Source: an uncultured Candidatus Saccharibacteria bacterium (GTDB taxonomy: Bacteria > Patescibacteriota > UBA1384 > JAGGWG01 > CAZAJM01). From it: a stretch of DNA of 64,000 bases. Under the pieces are notes generated by a model that worked only from the letters and a program-made list of their open reading frames with translations, had not been told where the DNA came from and ran no database searches. The position numbers were made by a program, and so were the translations under genes. The DNA lies in the NCBI GenBank assembly GCA_964485625.1, contig CAZAJM010000004.1, positions 3,349-67,348 of the forward strand, written 5' to 3'. This document shows, piece after piece, positions 45,369 to 55,863 of this stretch (position 1 is its first letter; each line of letters begins with the position of its first letter).

Positions 45369-48041
45369 ATGAAATGTGATCGATGTCAGAAAAATTCAGC
45401 TCAAATTCAAGTTACTAGAATTAAAGACGGCAAAAGAGTAACCGAGAAGATCTGCCAAGAGTGTGCTCAGAAAGACTCTTCCATTAGCGGCTTTGGTTCT
45501 GCCAGTGGTTCGCCTTTTTCTAGTGGGGGAGACGATATTGGCTCTCTTTTTGATGCTTTCTTTGGTGGAGGCGGTCAATCACCTTTCTCTGCTGCCAGAC
45601 AACCCCGAAGTGAGTCGATAAATATTGCTGATAATTTTAGCTCCGAACTCCAATCGGTAGTTGAAACAGCTAGTGATGTAGCTAGTAAGAAAAATAATCA
45701 ACAAATAGATACTGAGCATCTATTGATTGCTCTAACCGGAGATGATTTAGCTAAGAAGATATTTAAGCGTTTGAAGATTAAACCGACCGAGCTGAGAAAG
45801 AAAGTTAACCAGCAGATTAAAAAAGATAGTTACAGTCAGGAGCCTGATTTTTCTCCTAGAGCCAAGCGAGTCTTTAATATTGCCTACCAAGAGAGTTATA
45901 AGCTAGGTCATAGTTATGTCGGCCCGGAACACTTACTAATGGCTTTGGCCAAAGAAGGTGAAGGCTTAGCTGCTCAAATATTGAAAGAAGTCGGTGCTGA
46001 CTATAAATCAATTAAGAACGCTGTTGTTAAAGTTGTCGGTAAGGGAGAAGAGTATGGCAAAGGTGATCGAACGATGACGCCAACTTTGGATGAGTTTAGT
46101 CGAGATCTGACCGGCCAAGCTAGAGAGGGCAAGCTTGATCCTGTAATTGGTAGAGTAGATGAGATGAACGCTACTATGGAGATACTATCTAGAAGGACCA
46201 AGAACAATCCAGTTCTAATTGGTGAGGCCGGAGTAGGCAAGACCGCAATTGTAGAGGGCTTGGCTACCAAAATTATTAAAGATGAGGTACCGGCTCCTTT
46301 GAAGAACAAAAGACTTTTGGAGCTTGACTTAACGGGAGTAGTGGCCGGAACGAAGTATAGGGGGCAGTTTGAAGAGAGATTAAAGAAAATACTAAAAGAG
46401 ATTGAAGAGAATCAAGAAGATTTGATTGTTTTTGTCGATGAGATGCATTTAGTAGTTGGTGCCGGAGGATCTGGTGAGAGCGGAGGAATGGATGCCAGTA
46501 ATATTTTAAAACCTGCTTTGGCTAGAGGTGATCTACATATGATAGGTGCTACTACTTTAGATGAGTATCAGAAATATATTGAAAAAGATGCTGCTTTAGA
46601 GAGAAGATTTCAGCCGGTAATGGTCGATGAGCCAAATGTGGAGCAGACCATCAGTATTTTAAGAGGCCTAAAGGATGCCTACGAGGCTCACCATCGGGTT
46701 AAGTTAACTGACCAATCTTTGGTAGCTGCTGCTGAGCTATCAGACCAATATATCTCCGATAGATATTTGCCTGATAAAGCGATTGATCTAGTAGATCAAG
46801 CGGCTGCTAAAGTAAGATTGGCCCAAGTTTCAGATCCGGAGAAGTTAAAAGAAGTTAACAAAAAAATTAAGGAGGCGACCAAGGAGAAAGATCAGGCAGT
46901 CGCTGCCCAGAACTTTAAGAAGGCCAATAAATTAAAAAGTGAGATAGAGGATCTTAAGAAAGAGAAAGAGAAAATTGATGTTGGTGTCAAAAAAGACCAA
47001 GCAACCGGACAACCAAAAGTGACTACTCAAGAAGTAGCGGAGATAGTTTCAAGAAGAACCGGGGTGCCTGTCTCTAAATTAGCTGAAGAAGAGAAAGCTA
47101 AGCTACTTGATTTAGAAAAAAGAATCCACAAGCGAGTGATTGGTCAGGAAGAGGCAGTTGAGTCAATTAGCGAGGCAGTAAGAAGAGGCAGAGCGGGTCT
47201 TAAAAGCAAGAATAGACCGGTCGGTTCGTTTATCTTTCTAGGTCCCACCGGTGTAGGTAAGACGGAGCTAGCCAAGACCTTGGCCTATCAACTCTTTGGA
47301 GACGAGGAGGCTCTAATCAGAGTAGATATGAGTGAGTATATGGAGAAACACGCTGTCTCTAGATTAATTGGTGCTCCTCCTGGATATGTTGGTTATGAAG
47401 AGGCCGGCCAACTGACAGAAGCTGTTCGTAGAAAACCATATAGCGTAATACTTCTAGATGAAATTGAGAAAGCTCATCCGGATGTCTTTAATATTTTACT
47501 CCAAGTTTTGGAGGATGGCCGATTAACAGACGGCAAGGGTAGGGTGGTGGATTTTAAAAACACCATTATTATTGCTACTTCCAATATTGGCTCTAGTTTA
47601 ATTAGAGAGAGAAGCGAAAAAGAGGCAAAAGCTAAAACAAAGAAGAAAAAAGAAGAGATCTATGAAGAGACCAAAGAGGATTTAATGGAGCGGCTCAAAG
47701 AAGAGCTTAGGCCTGAGTTTCTAAACAGACTCGATGAGGTGATTGTCTTCCATAGTCTAGGTAAGGAGCAGATTAGAGAGATTGTAGAGCTAGAACTTGA
47801 TAAGACACGAAGATTATTGCGTGGCCAGGGCATTGAGTTGGAAGTAAGTAAGAAAGCCAAAGACAAAATTGCTAGTGAAGGCTATGACCCGTCTTTTGGT
47901 GCCAGACCACTAAGAAGGGTGGTTCAGACCAAGATAGAGAACCCAATCTCTAGTCTAATTTTAAAAGAAGAGGTTGATAAAGGCGATACAATCAAAGTTG
48001 ATCTAGATAAAAAGAAAGACTTTAGTTTTAAGAGTAAATAA
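45369..48041 (+). CDS. clpC: ClpC/ClpE-type Hsp100 ATPase with N-terminal C4 zinc finger
   Basis: 890 aa. N-terminal CDRC ... CQEC zinc ribbon and Gly/Ser linker, two Clp_N repeats, D1 [15 protein letters not shown], a short middle domain, D2 [15 protein letters not shown], and a ClpB_D2-small region. Confidence 0.9.
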   Translation: MKCDRCQKNSAQIQVTRIKDGKRVTEKICQECAQKDSSISGFGSASGSPFSSGGDDIGSLFDAFFGGGGQSPFSAARQPRSESINIADNFSSELQSVVETASDVASKKNNQQIDTEHLLIALTGDDLAKKIFKRLKIKPTELRKKVNQQIKKDSYSQEPDFSPRAKRVFNIAYQESYKLGHSYVGPEHLLMALAKEGEGLAAQILKEVGADYKSIKNAVVKVVGKGEEYGKGDRTMTPTLDEFSRDLTGQAREGKLDPVIGRVDEMNATMEILSRRTKNNPVLIGEAGVGKTAIVEGLATKIIKDEVPAPLKNKRLLELDLTGVVAGTKYRGQFEERLKKILKEIEENQEDLIVFVDEMHLVVGAGGSGESGGMDASNILKPALARGDLHMIGATTLDEYQKYIEKDAALERRFQPVMVDEPNVEQTISILRGLKDAYEAHHRVKLTDQSLVAAAELSDQYISDRYLPDKAIDLVDQAAAKVRLAQVSDPEKLKEVNKKIKEATKEKDQAVAAQNFKKANKLKSEIEDLKKEKEKIDVGVKKDQATGQPKVTTQEVAEIVSRRTGVPVSKLAEEEKAKLLDLEKRIHKRVIGQEEAVESISEAVRRGRAGLKSKNRPVGSFIFLGPTGVGKTELAKTLAYQLFGDEEALIRVDMSEYMEKHAVSRLIGAPPGYVGYEEAGQLTEAVRRKPYSVILLDEIEKAHPDVFNILLQVLEDGRLTDGKGRVVDFKNTIIIATSNIGSSLIRERSEKEAKAKTKKKKEEIYEETKEDLMERLKEELRPEFLNRLDEVIVFHSLGKEQIREIVELELDKTRRLLRGQGIELEVSKKAKDKIASEGYDPSFGARPLRRVVQTKIENPISSLILKEEVDKGDTIKVDLDKKKDFSFKSK

Positions 48042-48077
48042 AAAGACCTAGAAGTAATTTGGTAAGTAGTTAAACAA

Positions 48078-48551
48078 CTAGGCTTTGGTTGGATTTGATT
48101 TACTACCAAGCTTCTTTATGGTATAGATCGGGACGATTATTAAGATATATGCTGCTAGATGGCCGGTTATTAAATATATCCAACTCTCTAGTGCTAAATT
48201 TGAACCGAGATTTATCCAAGTAGAGAGATATATTGCCAATACAATTCCGTTATCAATGATAAACAGAATGTCTTGCTGGTTGGTGGTGACTACATTGTCG
48301 CATAAAATAAAAAGTACCATACCAATAGCAAAACCGGTAACAGTCAATGTTGTTAGCATATTTTCTTCTGTAATTGCCTCAGGATTTCCCAGCAAAACTA
48401 TCGCCAGCAAGGCTATTCCAAGTGTAGCCAGTAATATTATGGAATTACTCTTGTATCTTATAGCAAAGTATTGGATCCCAATAATTATTCCAAAAACAAG
48501 TAGGGCAAGAATAGTGGTGATGATACTCATTTTGTTCCTCCCATGGGTCAA
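48078..48551 (-). CDS. Hypothetical membrane protein (4-5 TM)
   Basis: 157 aa, hydrophobic throughout. Preferred over the antisense ORF 48256-48567. Confidence 0.45.
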   Translation of the reverse strand: MTHGRNKMSIITTILALLVFGIIIGIQYFAIRYKSNSIILLATLGIALLAIVLLGNPEAITEENMLTTLTVTGFAIGMVLFILCDNVVTTNQQDILFIIDNGIVLAIYLSTWINLGSNLALESWIYLITGHLAAYILIIVPIYTIKKLGSKSNPTKA

Positions 48552-48635
48552 GGTGCTGATACTGTAATCTAGATTAGGTTAGCATAGCTTGCTTGTCAAC
48601 AAAAAAGGGCTCGAATAATAGTCAAAAAAATGTTT

Positions 48636-49178
48636 TCAACTAAACGAGCCGTTTAGGTAGAAGGCGGCAACTACATTAGCGTAGATTAATGTCGTTATCA
48701 GCAAAGAAGGTATCAAGATGCTGCTTTTCTTTGTAATGTTGTTTTTTTCAATTGAGATATCTGCACCTTGTCCATTGTAGCATTCTTCAATCATTAGATC
48801 ATTCATCTCAGATCCCAAAATAAAGCTATAACAGAAATAGAATATGAGAATTGCTAGGCTTGTGATAATAGTAGCTATAATGATGTTTGTTAACTGAACA
48901 AAAACCATAAAGAGAAGTGAAATTACAACTCCTGCAGTAATTGATATCAATAGGAAGTTTTTTGTAATCTGTGAAGTGAATTCAGCGGCGCTTGATCTAA
49001 TTAATAGCAGTGCTATTAAAAGAATAACTAAGCTTGAGATTATCATGTAAGTACTACTGTTATCATCAATAGCAAAATTTTGAAAAAACATTAGTGCGAT
49101 AATAAGCACAATAATAATGTTAAAGTTTATTATGCTATAATCAACTTCCGTTCTTGTTTGGTCTACTTTCTTTTCCAT
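48636..49178 (-). CDS. Hypothetical membrane protein
   Basis: 180 aa with multiple TM helices. Confidence 0.45.
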   Translation of the reverse strand: MEKKVDQTRTEVDYSIINFNIIIVLIIALMFFQNFAIDDNSSTYMIISSLVILLIALLLIRSSAAEFTSQITKNFLLISITAGVVISLLFMVFVQLTNIIIATIITSLAILIFYFCYSFILGSEMNDLMIEECYNGQGADISIEKNNITKKSSILIPSLLITTLIYANVVAAFYLNGSFS

Positions 49179-49263
49179 TTCTTCTCCTTCCTGGGGCTGG
49201 TTGTGAGGCTACTAGACTGATATAATAAAGATTAGTTAAATTAATTAATTTTGTCAATAAGCT

Positions 49264-49713
49264 ATGCTAGTAACTACTCATTTAATAGCCGGAGCGACAG
49301 TTGGCTCTCTGGTTGCTAACTTACCACTCTCAATTTTGTTGGCAATAATCTCTCACTATAGTCTGGATTTAATACCTCATCTCGATCAGGGAGTATTTAA
49401 AGATAATAGAAAAAAGTTCTATTTTTGGGCAGCGGTAGATTTTATCGTTGGCGGCTTAGCTCTATATCTAATATTTTCTCAAATTGGTTTTCAACTAAAT
49501 GTATTAATAGTTGCTTTAGCGGCTATAGTGCCTGATTTGATGGATAGCAGTCCAGTAATCTTTAACTACATTCATAGAGTAGGAATTTTTAACAAGTTAT
49601 ATCGATTCCATGAGGCAATCCAGAAGCCAGGCAAGAAGTATATCTATAGTTTGGGCATAGTTAGCCAGATTTTAATTGTTGGAATTTCTCTCTATCTATT
49701 GCTAAAATATTAA
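49264..49713 (+). CDS. Hypothetical membrane protein
   Basis: 149 aa, 4 TM. Confidence 0.45.
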   Translation: MLVTTHLIAGATVGSLVANLPLSILLAIISHYSLDLIPHLDQGVFKDNRKKFYFWAAVDFIVGGLALYLIFSQIGFQLNVLIVALAAIVPDLMDSSPVIFNYIHRVGIFNKLYRFHEAIQKPGKKYIYSLGIVSQILIVGISLYLLLKY

Positions 49714-49723
49714 GCAGGTATTT

Positions 49724-49951
49724 ATGGTATCAAAGATTATAATTTTTGTTTTATCTATAGTTGTAGGCCTTTACTTTTTGGTTAAGAGCGAGTATATTGT
49801 GCGAGTAATCGGTCACAACGCTTGGGTTGATAGTTATTTAGGAAGAGGAGGAAGTTACTTGATGTGGAAAGTGATCGGGATAGCAGTAATGATTCTAGGA
49901 TTCCTCTACTTATTAGGAGACCTTGATCCGTATATTAGTTGGGGGCCGTAG
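49724..49951 (+). CDS. Small hypothetical membrane protein
   Basis: 75 aa, 2 TM. Its 3' end overlaps a tRNA-like fragment. Confidence 0.3.
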   Translation: MVSKIIIFVLSIVVGLYFLVKSEYIVRVIGHNAWVDSYLGRGGSYLMWKVIGIAVMILGFLYLLGDLDPYISWGP

Positions 49952-50030
49952 CTTGATTTGGGGTTGTAGCTTCCCGCCAAGGTGGGAGTAGAGCGGTCCG
50001 GTGTCCACCGGACAGGTAATTAAAAAATAT
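49942..50030 (+). pseudogene. Two tandem tRNA-5'-half-like fragments (pseudo-tRNA) upstream of tRNA-Ala
   Basis: gggggccgtagcttgatttg and ggggttgtagcttcccgcc...gtagagcggtccggtgtccaccggac repeat the acceptor/D-arm start GGGGYYGTAGCT of the adjacent tRNA-Ala. The second has a D-stem and an anticodon-like hairpin but no T-arm. Confidence 0.45.
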
Positions 50031-50046
50031 AGTAAGAAAATTTTTT

Positions 50047-50119
50047 GGGGTCGTAGCTCAATTGGTAGAGCGCCTCGCTTGCACCGAGGAGGTAGCGGGT
50101 TCGAATCCCGCCGACTCCA
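50047..50119 (+). tRNA. tRNA-Ala (anticodon TGC), CCA not encoded
   Basis: GGGGTCGTAGCTCAATTGGTAGAGCGCCTCGCTTGCACCGAGGAGGTAGCGGGTTCGAATCCCGCCGACTCCA. G3:U70 is present. Anticodon loop CTTGCAC. Confidence 0.9.
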
Positions 50120-50253
50120 CTTTTTTATTAAAAAAAGAGGCGGGAATGAAGAACCCGCTAGCCTGTCAGATAAAACTAAAATATATTTTAAAATATCTCG
50201 GCTTAGATGAGCATTAACTAAGACTAAGCCAATGGAAGAAGGGCCTTGGGCCC

Positions 50254-50273
50254 ATCGAATCCCGCCGACTCCA
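50254..50273 (+). repeat. Exact 20-bp direct repeat of the tRNA-Ala 3' end (T-loop half to discriminator), att-site-like
   Basis: tcgaatcccgccgactccac at 50101-50120 and again at 50254-50273. Confidence 0.7.
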
Positions 50274-50443
50274 CCAAAAAAAAGCACTCTGGTGTTACAT
50301 TAGAGGTACAGAGTGTTCGAATTCCTTCAACCTCATAATCGATAAATCTAGTTATTAAACTGGATTTCTCTCTTGACTTTAATTGATTATTAATTGTATT
50401 ATTAAATTGTTCTGTACCGCCAAATCTGAAAGGAGCAGGGAGC

Positions 50444-51049
50444 ATGGCAATAACCTATGATATAAATAGAAGAAAAGCTGAACAAATTCTTAAACTTTTA
50501 GAGAGAATTACAGGTAATAATTGGGAACTTAATTTTGAGGCTTTTGTTTGTACTGATAGTGAGCAAGAGTTGACCTTTGTTCGTGAGCCACTTTCTGAAG
50601 ATGGAGTTGTTGATTTAGAAGAGTGGAAAGAAATTTTTGGTGAACAGATAGAGCATATTCTAGAAGCTGTTAGGCTTGCTCATAGCAGACCGCCTTATTA
50701 CAAGAATGATTGGCAGGTTGCCGCTGGTCCTGACCTTAAAAAGATTGTTCTATTGTTGTCTTGCTTGGGATTAGGAGTGAATATATATGATGGTAGTTTA
50801 GCTAGTGGTGATACAGTAATCATTGATCCCGAGGATAATAATTGGGGTGGACAGCTATGTAGGCGATGTCAAATTTTTGACAAGTTAGGCGGAAGACAAA
50901 ACTTACTTTCTGCCTCAGGACTGCTTTTGCACAGAAGGTATTCAGGTCTCTACAAATTGGCTGCTCAGTTATATATTCTTCTACCTCCCATTATCAAACT
51001 TTCTGAAGGTTCTTTAGTTGATGATGACTCAAATGTAGAGTCAGCTTGA
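50444..51049 (+). CDS. Hypothetical protein
   Basis: 201 aa, no recognisable motif. Confidence 0.4.
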   Translation: MAITYDINRRKAEQILKLLERITGNNWELNFEAFVCTDSEQELTFVREPLSEDGVVDLEEWKEIFGEQIEHILEAVRLAHSRPPYYKNDWQVAAGPDLKKIVLLLSCLGLGVNIYDGSLASGDTVIIDPEDNNWGGQLCRRCQIFDKLGGRQNLLSASGLLLHRRYSGLYKLAAQLYILLPPIIKLSEGSLVDDDSNVESA

Positions 51050-51075
51050 TTATTGTTAACTATTTAACCTTCTTT

Positions 51076-51636
51076 TTATTTTACATTTTTAATAAATTTT
51101 TTAATTTGGTTTTCAAGTTCTTTAACTGTTCCGTTATTATCAACCACTAAATCTGCTTTATCTCTCAATTTCTCAATTTTTAATTCAGTTTCTCTTAAGT
51201 GATCTTTTTTGAACTCCTCAAAAGTTTTATTCTTATCATCCCCTTTCTCTCTGCGGCCGGTGATCCTTTTGTATCTAGTTCTAAGGTCGGCCTTGACATA
51301 GATTAAGTAGAAATTACTATTTTTCTTCAAATTTGTAATATCTTCATTTCTTCTAACTCCGTCTACTACGATCATTTTATTGCTAATATTTTCAATATCT
51401 TTCTCAATTACTCTAGCCAGAATATTTTCACCGTAGATTTCTCTTAAGCTAGTAGAGAGTTTCTGTAAGTTGTCCCTGTTTACTTCTAAGTAAAGCCTCT
51501 CAACTATTTCTTTTAGTACATCAGAGTATTTAATTACTTTCGCCCCATGGTTATTCTCTAGATAGTCTGCAACCTTGCCTTTACCTGAAGCAATCTGTCC
51601 GGCTAAGCCGATGATGATATTTTTCTCTTTATTCAT
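51076..51636 (-). CDS. P-loop nucleoside/nucleotide kinase (dNMP-kinase / dephospho-CoA-kinase-like)
   Basis: 186 aa with IIGLAGQIASGKGKV Walker A and a DGVRR motif as in NMP kinases. The exact substrate is not inferable. Confidence 0.5.
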   Translation of the reverse strand: MNKEKNIIIGLAGQIASGKGKVADYLENNHGAKVIKYSDVLKEIVERLYLEVNRDNLQKLSTSLREIYGENILARVIEKDIENISNKMIVVDGVRRNEDITNLKKNSNFYLIYVKADLRTRYKRITGRREKGDDKNKTFEEFKKDHLRETELKIEKLRDKADLVVDNNGTVKELENQIKKFIKNVK

Positions 51637-51761
51637 CTTTTTGATAGTTTAATTTTGTATTTTGGAACATATCTTTTATATTTAATTTCACTAGCATCTA
51701 GCATTTTTCTGGCGGCTTGCCATTCCTTTTGATTGTGATATTTATCGCTAGCATAAACTAG

Positions 51762-52118
51762 TTATTTTATTCCCGATTGAATAATAGTTTTTACACATTC
51801 ATTACATGGAAATAGGGTACAGTAGAGTATACAGTTTTTGGGTTTTTTATTAGTATTATAGATTGCGTTCTCCTCTGCATGGACTACATAGGGATATTTG
51901 GTCTGGCAGAAGCTTCCTTCTCTGCACCAAGGAAACTTATCATCCGAGCAACCTCTAGGAAAACCATTGTAACCCAGCCCAACTACAATGTTATTTTGAT
52001 CGACAATTACTGCACCTGCTTGAGTTGAGGGGTCTTTAGACCTCTGTGCAATTAAAAAGGCCATCTGCATAAAAGTTTCGTGCCAATCTAAGTAGTTTTT
52101 TCTTTTCTTACTCTTCAT
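51762..52118 (-). CDS. dCMP/CMP deaminase (zinc-dependent cytidine-deaminase fold)
   Basis: 118 aa with HAEENAI and PCNECV zinc-binding motifs. Confidence 0.75.
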   Translation of the reverse strand: MKSKKRKNYLDWHETFMQMAFLIAQRSKDPSTQAGAVIVDQNNIVVGLGYNGFPRGCSDDKFPWCREGSFCQTKYPYVVHAEENAIYNTNKKPKNCILYCTLFPCNECVKTIIQSGIK

Positions 52119-52234
52119 AACATATCTATGATATCAAAGAACATTTGACATCGCAATTAAGCATTAGGTAAAATGTAGGTAGAGAATATTAATTAATATA
52201 TTAACTATTTGGGGGAGAAAGGATTTAAAAGATT

Positions 52235-52978
52235 ATGACTTGGCAAGATGTACAAGATGCTATCGTTGCTTCTTGGGAAGAGGTGATTACTAGGATTATC
52301 AATTTTATTCCTAGCCTTCTAGCCGCTATCGTTATCTTGGTTGTCGGTTGGATCGTCGGCGTACTACTAGATCGTCTATTTGATAGGATTCTGCGATCAG
52401 TCGGCTTGCAGGACCTATTTGAAAGTATCAAGGTAGAAGATTTAGTTAGTAAAACAGGAATTGAGCTGGATACCACCGCTTTGCTAGGCAAGTTGGTTAA
52501 ATGGATTGTTCTGATTATCGCCTTCCTAGCTTCAGCTGAAGTGCTTGGTTTAGAGAGCGTGGCAGGATTTTTTGATGCTATTTTAGCCTACGTGCCTAAT
52601 GTGATTGTTTCTGTAGCCGTTCTAATTATTGCCGCTGTGCTGGCACAGTTTTTGGCAGAAGTTGTTCGAGGCAGTCTTAAGGCAGGAAATCTAGGTTATG
52701 CCGATTTTCTATCTGAAGTTGTTCGATGGGCTATTTGGGTTTTTGCAATTCTAATTGCTCTAAATCAGTTAGGCGTAGCTAGAGAACTAATTCAGACAAT
52801 ATTCACAGGTTTTGTTGCTATGGTTGCCATTGCCGGTGGACTAGCCTTTGGTTTAGGTGGGCAGGATCATGCCCAAGAGCTAATAGAGAACGTTAAAGAT
52901 GGTATTTCTAGCGGAGAAGAGATGATGGAAGAAGAGCCCGGAATGATGGAAGAGGATGAAGAGGAGATTGAGCTTTAA
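52235..52978 (+). CDS. Membrane protein with repeated TM-helix modules (MscS-N-terminal-like) and acidic C-terminal tail
   Basis: 247 aa with repeated amphipathic/TM helices and a C-terminal EEMMEEEPGMMEEDEEEIEL tail. Confidence 0.45.
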   Translation: MTWQDVQDAIVASWEEVITRIINFIPSLLAAIVILVVGWIVGVLLDRLFDRILRSVGLQDLFESIKVEDLVSKTGIELDTTALLGKLVKWIVLIIAFLASAEVLGLESVAGFFDAILAYVPNVIVSVAVLIIAAVLAQFLAEVVRGSLKAGNLGYADFLSEVVRWAIWVFAILIALNQLGVARELIQTIFTGFVAMVAIAGGLAFGLGGQDHAQELIENVKDGISSGEEMMEEEPGMMEEDEEEIEL

Positions 52979-55245
52979 ATATTGAGCTTTTAATAAGGAG
53001 GGGAGCCTTATTGGGCCATATTTAACTTATGGTTACTTGTAGTCCTTGACAAAGTGTTTTTAGTTGTTTAGACTTAAACCATGATAATTAGAGAACAATT
53101 TAGCAAGAGGGGGATATCGAAGTAGGCATAGATTCAATTACGGTTTCTTTTCTAGAATGCCTAAAAATTTAAGGCATTTTTTCATTGACTTGAGAATTGG
53201 CTAGTAGCTAGAAGCCCTCACTTAGAGCCTAGATTGAGCTCTATCTGAAGGTTTCTAACTGTTAGCCAGATTGGCTAGCGCAAAAATGAACTTTAACAAC
53301 TCGGTTGATAAGTAAAATAAATAGATAAAAATAGAAAATATTTCTATTTGCAATTTCTCGATTATGAAGTAGTTACTTTTGTAAATATATATGCGTATGG
53401 TGGATGTCTTGGTAGAAAGAGCCTATGAAGGACGTGGCAGGCTGCGATAAGCCTCGGTGAGTCGCCAAACAGACTTTGACCCGAGGATTTCCGAATGAGT
53501 TAACTCAGCTTGGTGAAAGCCAAGTTAATCCCGCTTTTTGTGGGATAGGGCACCCGTTGAATTGAAACATCTTAGTAAACGGAGGAAGAGAAAATAATAA
53601 TGATTTCCCTAGTAGTGGCGAGCGAACGGGAAACAGTCTAAACTTCTCGATTTATCGAGAAGGGTTGTGGGGTTTGCAATGTTTAGATCTATCTGTTAGT
53701 TGAAGGTCCCTGGAAAGGGCCGCCAAAGAGGGTAATAGCCCCGTAAACGAAAATAGAAAGATCTAATAGCATTTTCCCCAAGTACCATCGGACACGTGAA
53801 ACCCGGTGGGAATCTAGCTGGGACAACAGCTAAGACTAAATACTCTTTATGCCGATAGTGAACTAGTACCGTGAGGAAAAGATGAAAAGAACCCCTGTTA
53901 GGGGAGTGAAATAGAACCTGAAGCCATATGCTTACAATGAGGTGAAGTCGCGCTTTTGCGTGGTGACACCGTGCTTTTTGCAGAACGAGCCAACGAGTTA
54001 GCTGTATACGGCAAGCTTAATCCCGCTAAGCGGGAGAAGGCGTAGCGAAAGCGAGTTTTAACTAGCGTTTAGTCGTATGCACTAGACCCGAAACCAGGCG
54101 ATCTATCTATGGCCAGGGTGAACCCCGCCGAAAGGCGTGGGGGAGGCCCGAACACGTGAGAGCTGCAAATCTCTGTGATGAGCTGTGGATAGCGGTAAAA
54201 TGCCAATCGAGCCTGGCAATAGCTGGTTCTCTTCGAAATATATTTAGGTATAGCCTTTGTTAATTGCTAAGAAGAGGTAAGGCTCTGGATCGGTCTAGGT
54301 TCCTTTGTGAACCTAAACCGAATCAAACCTCAAATTCTTCTTAGTTTAGACAAAGAGTCAGAACGCGGGGGCTAAGCTTCGCGTTCGAAAGGGAAACAAC
54401 CCAGATCGTCATCTAAGGTCCCCAAATAAGATCTAAGTGGTAAAGGAAGTAGTTCGCCGAAGACAGGCAGGAGGTTAGCCTAGAGGTCGCAATCCTTTAA
54501 AGAGTGTGTAACAACTCACTGCCCAATCCGGTATGGATTGGCGGGCTGCGCCTAAAATGTAACGGGGCTAAGATCTTTACCGAAGATGCGACGTCCGGTT
54601 TTTCGGACGGGTAGAAGAGCGTTCTCATCGCACTGAAGCTCAGACTGTGAGGTCGGGTGGAGCGTTGAGAAGTGAGAATGTTGGCATGAGTAACGAATTA
54701 ATTCGATGAGAAATCGGATCACCCAATATCTAAGGTTTCCTCCGCAATGCTAATCAGCGGAGGGTTAGTCGGTCCTAAGCCCAACCCCGCCTGTGGCGGG
54801 GTCAAGCGATGGGCATGTGGTTAATATTCCACAACTATCACTTGTTCGCTACTATTGCTATAGATGACTTCCGCCATTTGGCGGAACTAGAAAAATTTAT
54901 AGCAAGAGAACAAGCGGTATCCGTACCGCAAACCGACGCAGGTAGATGGGTCGAGAAGACCAAGGTGATCGGAAGAACCCTCTCTAAGGAACTCGGCAAA
55001 AAAGCGTTCGTAACTTAGGGATAAGGACTGCCACGTAAAATTTTTCTTCGGAAAAACTAACGTGGCCGCAGCGAATGTGCCCGAGCGACTGTTTACCAAA
55101 AACACAGGTCTCTGCGAACTCGCAAGAGTATGTATAGAGACTGACCCCTGCCCAATGCCAGTGTGTTACGGGGATATCGTCACTTCGGTGACGGTTGAAC
55201 CTAAGCCCTGGTGAATGGCGGCGATAACTATAATCGTCCTAAGGT

Positions 55246-55843
55246 GGAATAGCTGCCTTAGTAAAATCTAGCTATATGCTGGAACATCTGAGTATAATTT
55301 GGTACTATGGTAGTATGTATCCTTAGATATGTACTATGTTAAGTAAAAAATCAAATTTGCAGGCAACCAGCAGGAAAGACCAATCTTTTGCCTGGTGGCT
55401 AGTAGGATTTACTGACGGAGAAGGATGCTTCTCTGTTAGTAAGTTTAGAAATCCTACAACAAGATCTGGATGGCAAGTATTTCCAGAGTTTGTAGTTACC
55501 CAAGGTGAGAGCAGCAAGCAATCACTTGATGAAATTAAGGATTTCTTCAAGTGTGGAGGTGTATATATTAACCGTAGAAATGATAATCACAAAGAAGATC
55601 TATATCGGTACTGTGTAAGATCGGTTGATGATCTAATCAATGTGATTATTCCATTTTTTGAAAAGCACCCGCTTAAGACTGCTAAACAAAAATCTTTTAT
55701 GGATTTCAAGAAAAAAGTCGAAGCTATAAAAGAAAAACGAAGTAAAAGATAGGAATCCTCAGAGACTATACGCTAGAGTCTGATATTCTATCAGATAAGA
55801 TATAGTCCGAACTTTAGTGCGAGCTAAAGACTAACAAATAATG
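55246..55843 (+). mobile_element. Group I intron at the E. coli L1931-equivalent site, encoding a LAGLIDADG endonuclease
   Basis: 5' exon ends CCTAAGGT (U at -1) and the intron ends in G before AGCGAAATTCC. An S-like element agatatagtccgaac lies ~35 nt before the 3' splice site. Confidence 0.75.
55336..55752 (+). CDS. LAGLIDADG homing endonuclease (single-motif) in 23S intron 1
   Basis: 138 aa with LVGFTDGEGCFSVS. Confidence 0.8.
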   Translation: MLSKKSNLQATSRKDQSFAWWLVGFTDGEGCFSVSKFRNPTTRSGWQVFPEFVVTQGESSKQSLDEIKDFFKCGGVYINRRNDNHKEDLYRYCVRSVDDLINVIIPFFEKHPLKTAKQKSFMDFKKKVEAIKEKRSKR

Positions 55844-55863
55844 AGCGAAATTCCTTGTCAGGT

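Noticed and set aside
48256-48567. Plus-strand ORF antisense to the 157-aa membrane protein
   Set aside because: The minus-strand product is uniformly hydrophobic with regular TM periodicity. The plus-strand product is not.
49959-50030. Possibility that 49959-50030 is a functional second tRNA (anticodon-like loop TGTCCA)
   Set aside because: It has no T-arm, a 6-nt rather than 7-nt anticodon loop, and an 18-nt D-loop. It is more likely a tRNA-derived fragment.
53046-53074. TTGACA-17-TAGACT as the 23S promoter
   Set aside because: It is plausible but ~330 nt upstream of the mature 5' end, with an intervening terminator-like hairpin at 53155-53183. Without transcript data it cannot be assigned, so it was not listed as a feature.
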